Origin: an uncultured Erysipelotrichaceae bacterium
GTDB taxonomy: Bacteria; Bacillota_I; Bacilli_A; RFN20; CAG-826
NCBI GenBank assembly: GCA_902777015.1
Contig: CACYSA010000006.1
Span: forward strand, 33,502 to 97,501
Reading direction: 5' to 3'
DNA length: 64,000 bases
Shown here: positions 59,103 to 64,000 of the stretch, one piece after another
Numbering within the stretch: position 1 is the stretch's first letter
Layout of the letters: each line of letters starts with the position of its first letter
Made by a program: the position numbers and the translations under genes
The notes under the pieces: model-generated
Database searches by the model: none
What the model was told of the DNA's origin: nothing
Seen by the model: only the letters and a program-made list of their open reading frames with translations

Positions 59103-60140
59103 ATGACTGTTACTAACGCTAAACAATACCGTCGTAAAATGAAGATGGTTGGTAAAACATGCTACACCGCAAATATTGCTTATTTGTTAGTCCATGTTTT
59201 ATACCTTATATTCTTTATTATTTCTAAATACACCGCTTTAATCATCGTTGATGCAGCGATTATTGCGATTTATTTATTGTTCTTTTTGTTAATTAAAAAA
59301 GAAAAATATTACATCTATGCTTTGTGCTGTGGGAATCTATATTTTGCGTTTATTTCCGTTAGCACTATCATGCTCGGTTTTGGTACAGGCTTCCATTTAT
59401 ATTTAATTGGCTTATGCATTGTTTCTTTCTTTACGACATATTTCTCAAAAGTTAGAAACTTAAAAGGTTCAATTGTTTGGGTTGGTTTATCATTTGCCAT
59501 TTATTTAACTTTATATTTAGTCACTAGATTTAATGCTCCATATTATGTTGTTCCACAATGGCTAGAAATGACATTATTTATCATTCATGCAATTGCGGTA
59601 TTTGTCTTTGTGGCCGCCTATATGGTCGTATTTATTAGATACGCTACTAAGTTAGAAAATAGAATCATGAATGAATCTAGAACTGATGAATTAACACAAA
59701 TTAGTAATAGATATGGTTTATATGACTATTATGATTCTGATCTTGATAAATCAGATAGCTTATTAGCCTTATTTGATATCGATGATTTCAAAAACATCAA
59801 CGATTCATATGGTCACGTCTATGGCGATTATGTTTTAAAACGTGTTGCGGAAATCACCACTCAAACATTAAACGATGCATTTATTTGTCGCTTTGGTGGC
59901 GAAGAATTTGTTGTCGTTTTAAACGAGGATAAAGAAATCTCTTACTACAATAGATTAGAAGCATTAAGAAGAACAATCGAAAAAGAAACATTCGAATTTA
60001 ATAACACTAAGATTAATATCACCATCACTATCGGTGCAACTGAATACCAAGAAAATATGTCATTAGACAAATGGATTGAAGCGGCTGATAAGAAGATGTA
60101 TCACGGTAAGAATTCTGGTAAGAATCAAACCGTCTATTAA
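59103..60140 (+). CDS. Membrane-anchored diguanylate cyclase (GGEEF)
   Basis: Six TM helices, then GGDEF domain with RFGGEEF. Confidence 0.75.
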   Translation: MTVTNAKQYRRKMKMVGKTCYTANIAYLLVHVLYLIFFIISKYTALIIVDAAIIAIYLLFFLLIKKEKYYIYALCCGNLYFAFISVSTIMLGFGTGFHLYLIGLCIVSFFTTYFSKVRNLKGSIVWVGLSFAIYLTLYLVTRFNAPYYVVPQWLEMTLFIIHAIAVFVFVAAYMVVFIRYATKLENRIMNESRTDELTQISNRYGLYDYYDSDLDKSDSLLALFDIDDFKNINDSYGHVYGDYVLKRVAEITTQTLNDAFICRFGGEEFVVVLNEDKEISYYNRLEALRRTIEKETFEFNNTKINITITIGATEYQENMSLDKWIEAADKKMYHGKNSGKNQTVY

Positions 60141-60152
60141 ATCAAACAGCAA

Positions 60153-62192
60153 TTAATCGGTATAAACGATACCTTCATCGATATATTTTTGCATATTGGT
60201 TGTATCATACCAAATACCTGGGATGAGTATTTGTTTTGTACATTCTTTGCCTTCCACAGCAAAGATGGCTTGTTCAACTGCTTGATAGCCAATTTCAGGA
60301 GAGTTTTGTGCGACAGCCCCTAATAGTTTAGGAGCACTATCTTTATTCATCCATTCGATGTGTTTTCTACCAGCGTCAAAACCAACGAATAATAAGTCAT
60401 TATATTTATTACCACTAGCTTGAATAGCGTCATAAACTTGGGTCACTACTGGTTCTGCGGTGAGATAGAAAGAAGAACACCCTCTCTCATATAATGATTC
60501 CAAAGCAGGAACATAAGCGTTACCATCACCACCTGGTTTTACTTCTTCGATGATTTCACATCTACCTTTAGTGTCACTATTTGATTCCACTAATTCGTTA
60601 AAACGGTCAACAAAGCCCGCTGATCTTTGATAAGCAGCACCTGATTCATCATATTGAATGACACCGATTTTATATTTTTCACTTGTAGATATTTTATATC
60701 TAATACTTTCATATAAACGGTCCGCCGCCATACCTGAAGCAGCGTAATTATCATTAACAACAGTTGAGCATATTGGGTTTTTACCAATAGCGTCTAATGC
60801 TTCAACATCTTTTTGCCAGACACCAGAGTCAAAACTAACAACTGGTACTTTAGCGTCATAAGCTTGTTCTAATAAATCTGCGACACCTTGACCAATACAC
60901 GATAAGACTAAAGCTGGACTACCATTAGATAAACCAGTTTGGATTAATTCTCTTTGCACTGGAAGATTTTCTGGTGTTTCCGTATCTGGCGCTCTAAAGG
61001 TGAAATCATAATTATATTTATCAGCAGCTTTTTTACAACCAGACTTAACAGATAACCAGAAAGCATGTGTTTGGCCTTTGGCCACTACCGCAATTGTTTT
61101 ATTCTTTTGATTATTAGCGTTAATCACTACCACTAATGAAGCAATAGCTAAACCAACAGTTAGACCACTAGCGGTTATTAAGCTTATTAATTTAGCCTTC
61201 TTACTTGTAGTGTTTTCAGGTTTATCAATACGGCTCTTCTTCCATAAATCAAGAATAACAGCGGCTACAACAATGACACCTGTTAAAACGTAGGTAAGAT
61301 AAGTGGAATTCATTTCAACATTGAATCTTGCTAATGTGAAGTTAAGACCACTTCTTACTGCCACTAAGATTAATGAACCTAATACTGAACCGAATATTGA
61401 AGCAACACCACCAGTGGAACTTGTTCCACCGATATAAATCCCAGCGATAACATCTAATTCAAAACCACTACCGGAACCGATAACGATTGTGGCAAATGAC
61501 GCTGACCAGAATATACCAGCAATACCAGCGCACATACCGCTGATAATGTAGGCAATAAGTTTATATCTTTTAACGTTAATGCCTGATAATTTAGCGGCTT
61601 CTTCATTACTACCAATGGCTAATGTATAGCGACCAATGATTGTTTTATACATTAGAACAATACCAATAGCTAAGAAAACTAATAACCAAATAATACCTGT
61701 TGGAAAGCCATTAGCGTTAGAGAAAACAAGGTTATACCATGAACCTGTTGGATAATAAATATTTGGATCTTTAGCAAATAAAGCAGAGATACCTCTTGCC
61801 ACCATCATCGTACCAAGAGTAACGATAAAAGGTGGTAATTTTAATCTTGAGATTAATACGCCGTTTAATAAACCAAATAAAGCACCAACGATGATCATCA
61901 ACGGAATGACTAACCATAATGGCATACCTGACATATATAACTTGCCCGCAAAAACGGCAGAGGCAATACAAACTGTACCAACTGATAAATCAATGCCACC
62001 TGTGGCAATTACAAATGTTGCGCCGATAGCCATAATAGCGTAAGGAACGAATGATTGAACGATACTTAAAAGGTTATAAGCCTTAATATAGTTTGGATTA
62101 AGGATGGTAAATGTTAAAACCAAGATTACTAAAACAAACAAGATAATAATGCTTTGCTGTGCTTTTTTGAAAAATGATTTGCTTCTATTCAT
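60153..62192 (-). CDS. Sugar ABC transporter permease fused to a C-terminal periplasmic sugar-binding domain
   Basis: N-terminal RbsC/branched-type permease (ten TM helices, about 340 aa). The C-terminal roughly 320 aa resemble an RbsB-like binding protein. Confidence 0.6.
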   Translation of the reverse strand: MNRSKSFFKKAQQSIIILFVLVILVLTFTILNPNYIKAYNLLSIVQSFVPYAIMAIGATFVIATGGIDLSVGTVCIASAVFAGKLYMSGMPLWLVIPLMIIVGALFGLLNGVLISRLKLPPFIVTLGTMMVARGISALFAKDPNIYYPTGSWYNLVFSNANGFPTGIIWLLVFLAIGIVLMYKTIIGRYTLAIGSNEEAAKLSGINVKRYKLIAYIISGMCAGIAGIFWSASFATIVIGSGSGFELDVIAGIYIGGTSSTGGVASIFGSVLGSLILVAVRSGLNFTLARFNVEMNSTYLTYVLTGVIVVAAVILDLWKKSRIDKPENTTSKKAKLISLITASGLTVGLAIASLVVVINANNQKNKTIAVVAKGQTHAFWLSVKSGCKKAADKYNYDFTFRAPDTETPENLPVQRELIQTGLSNGSPALVLSCIGQGVADLLEQAYDAKVPVVSFDSGVWQKDVEALDAIGKNPICSTVVNDNYAASGMAADRLYESIRYKISTSEKYKIGVIQYDESGAAYQRSAGFVDRFNELVESNSDTKGRCEIIEEVKPGGDGNAYVPALESLYERGCSSFYLTAEPVVTQVYDAIQASGNKYNDLLFVGFDAGRKHIEWMNKDSAPKLLGAVAQNSPEIGYQAVEQAIFAVEGKECTKQILIPGIWYDTTNMQKYIDEGIVYTD

Positions 62193-63699
62193 TGTTTATC
62201 ACCCTCTCCTCTCTCATTGTTGCGTATTTCATCACTGTTTCTTGTGTGACTTCACTAATATCTAATTCTTTGGTAATTCTTCCTTCGCACATGACGATAA
62301 CCCGATCACATAGTTGCTGGATTTCCGCGAGTTCAGAAGAAATCACAATGATTGATTTACCGTTTTTAACCATCTCTTTTAATAGATGATAGATCTCGCT
62401 TTTAGCCCCGACATCAACTCCCCTAGTGGGTTCATCAAAGATGAAGATATCTGGGTCTTTTAAAAACCACCTAGCAATAATTGTCTTTTGCTGATTACCA
62501 CCAGAAAGGTTTTTAATCGAAGCGTAGATTGAAGAATATTTAACTTGTAATCTTTCATTTAATTTTTGGATTTCATCATTCATCTTTGTATCGTTCACTA
62601 ATGAGAACTTAGAAAATTTATGAATTGAACTTAATGATTCATTATCTAAAATTGGTCGTTCATTCATTAAGCCGAATTGCTTTCTATCTTCTGATAAATA
62701 ACAAATGCCCACCTTAATAGCGGTATTTGGTGAATGAATCTTCACTCTTTGTCCATTGACAAATACTTTGCCTTTTTGTTTACGGTCCGCGCCATAGACG
62801 CAGCGCATAGTTTCTGTTCTGCCCGCACCCATTAATCCCGCAAAGCCAAGAATCTCACCCTTTCGTAAATTAAAAGAGACGTCTCTAACCATCTTACCTC
62901 TAGTGATGTTTTTAGCTTCTAACACTATTGGAGCATCTTTTGCTACTTCACTATGCTTTTTCACTTCAAACTTAAGAGTTCTACCAATCATAAGCTTGAT
63001 AATTTCATCACGATTTGTGTCTTTAGTGTTTAAAGTATTGATGCAATAACCATCTCTTAAAACAGTAATCTTGTCCGTGATTTGGAATATTTCGTCCATG
63101 CGGTGTGAAATATAAATCATCGTCACTTTGTTTTCTTTTAAAACTTTTAATATTTTGAATAGTTCATCAACTTCTTTTTCTGATAACGCAGCGGTTGGTT
63201 CATCAAGAATTAACACTTTAACATCATCAGATATCGCTTTAGCGATTTCCACCATTTGTTGTTGACCGATTGTTAAATCTTTGACTAAAGCAGTTGGATC
63301 AATATCGATATGCATCTTATCAAACACTTGCTTAGATAGTTCATTCATTTTTGTATCATCAATGAAGATGCCGTTTTTGTGTTCACGACCAATAAAGATG
63401 TTTTGGGCAACACTTAAATCCTTCATGAGATTTAATTCTTGGAAAACCATTCTGATGCCAATCTTTTTCGCATCATTAACGTTATTGATGTTGACCTTAT
63501 TACCAAAGGCTTCGATTTCACCACTATCGCTTTTTAAAACACCACACAATATTTTCATTAATGTGGATTTACCCGCACCATTTTCACCCATTAAGGCATG
63601 GATTTCTCCTTCACACAATGAAAAATTGACATCATGCAAAACATGGTTGTCAAAAAAACTCTTGTTGATGTTAATCATTTTGATAACTTGGTTATCCAT
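62185..63699 (-). CDS. Sugar ABC transporter ATP-binding protein with duplicated ATPase domains (RbsA/MglA-like)
   Basis: Two Walker A (GENGAGKST, GLMGAGRTE), two signatures and two Walker B motifs. Confidence 0.8.
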   Translation of the reverse strand: MDNQVIKMININKSFFDNHVLHDVNFSLCEGEIHALMGENGAGKSTLMKILCGVLKSDSGEIEAFGNKVNINNVNDAKKIGIRMVFQELNLMKDLSVAQNIFIGREHKNGIFIDDTKMNELSKQVFDKMHIDIDPTALVKDLTIGQQQMVEIAKAISDDVKVLILDEPTAALSEKEVDELFKILKVLKENKVTMIYISHRMDEIFQITDKITVLRDGYCINTLNTKDTNRDEIIKLMIGRTLKFEVKKHSEVAKDAPIVLEAKNITRGKMVRDVSFNLRKGEILGFAGLMGAGRTETMRCVYGADRKQKGKVFVNGQRVKIHSPNTAIKVGICYLSEDRKQFGLMNERPILDNESLSSIHKFSKFSLVNDTKMNDEIQKLNERLQVKYSSIYASIKNLSGGNQQKTIIARWFLKDPDIFIFDEPTRGVDVGAKSEIYHLLKEMVKNGKSIIVISSELAEIQQLCDRVIVMCEGRITKELDISEVTQETVMKYATMREERVINNE

Positions 63700-63748
63700 C
63701 TATTAATATGATAAACCTGAAAGCGCCACAAATGTGCCACAAATATGG

Positions 63749-63886
63749 TTATATTTTTTCTTTGTCCAAGCGTTGACGTTCAACGAGTTCGGCGAAATAT
63801 CTGCCTTTAGCGATGAGCTCATCATAAGTACCATCTTCAACGAACTTACCATCATCCATCACTAAGATGCGATAAGAGCGAAGTCT
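63749..63886 (-). pseudogene. C-terminal remnant of an ABC exporter ATPase
   Basis: Reverse complement reads RLRSYRILVMDDGKFVEDGTYDELIAKGRYFAELVERQRLDKEKI, stop. An in-frame stop lies immediately upstream and there is no start codon. Confidence 0.3.
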
Positions 63887-63952
63887 TTAATGAATTCCTT
63901 CCAGATGTACCGTGGTAAACCAATAACGAAAACATCAAATTTCAAAAATAAA

Positions 63953-63981
63953 ACGACTGAACCAAATCAGTCGTTTTTTAT
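63953..63981. terminator. Bidirectional hairpin terminator
   Basis: ACGACTGA-ACCAAA-TCAGTCGT hairpin with T runs on both sides. Confidence 0.45.
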
Positions 63982-64000
63982 GTTCTTATCTTATTTTTAG

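Overview
This is a low-GC (about 30% by eye) chromosomal window from a Firmicutes/Mollicutes-type bacterium, possibly Erysipelotrichia- or Acholeplasma-like; the taxon is a guess. It is lipoprotein-rich and densely coded on both strands. Housekeeping genes include deoC (partial), rpmF, a MiaB-family methylthiotransferase, rsmE, hflX, a guanylate-kinase-like protein and an acyl carrier protein. There are eight intact tRNAs (Met, Ser-Met/Ile-Ala cluster, Trp, Leu, Glu) plus a 5'-truncated tRNA-Asn remnant. Five c-di-GMP turnover proteins are present (3 GGDEF, 2 HD-GYP). Transporters include MATE, MntP, ZIP, two CNNM/CorC and two ABC systems. Two large glycosyltransferase-acyltransferase fusion proteins (GT8-PlsC-like, GT4-PlsC-like) and tandem CotH-like lipoproteins are encoded. 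Two loci stand out. The first is a roughly 3 kb cluster at 33.5-36.3 kb: a leader-peptide-type precursor (Nif11-like leader, double-glycine site, Cys-rich core), a Vat-like acetyltransferase, a small basic protein and a membrane-anchored XRE regulator. Each of its three genes is preceded by a copy of the same roughly 45 bp palindrome-containing motif, and it is flanked by an unusual GC-rich repeat-containing 0.65 kb non-coding region. The second is a Tad/Flp-like pilus locus at 40.7-45.5 kb: a CpaF/TadA-type ATPase, TadB- and TadC-like membrane proteins, pseudopilin-like proteins and a 52-aa pilin-like ORF absent from the ORF track. It sits next to the truncated tRNA-Asn fragment, which suggests an old site-specific integration. 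Other oddities are a fakA C-terminal gene fragment wedged between tRNAs and an inverted-repeat-bounded ~190 bp element after tRNA-Trp. All calls rest on motif recognition by eye; no database searches were run.
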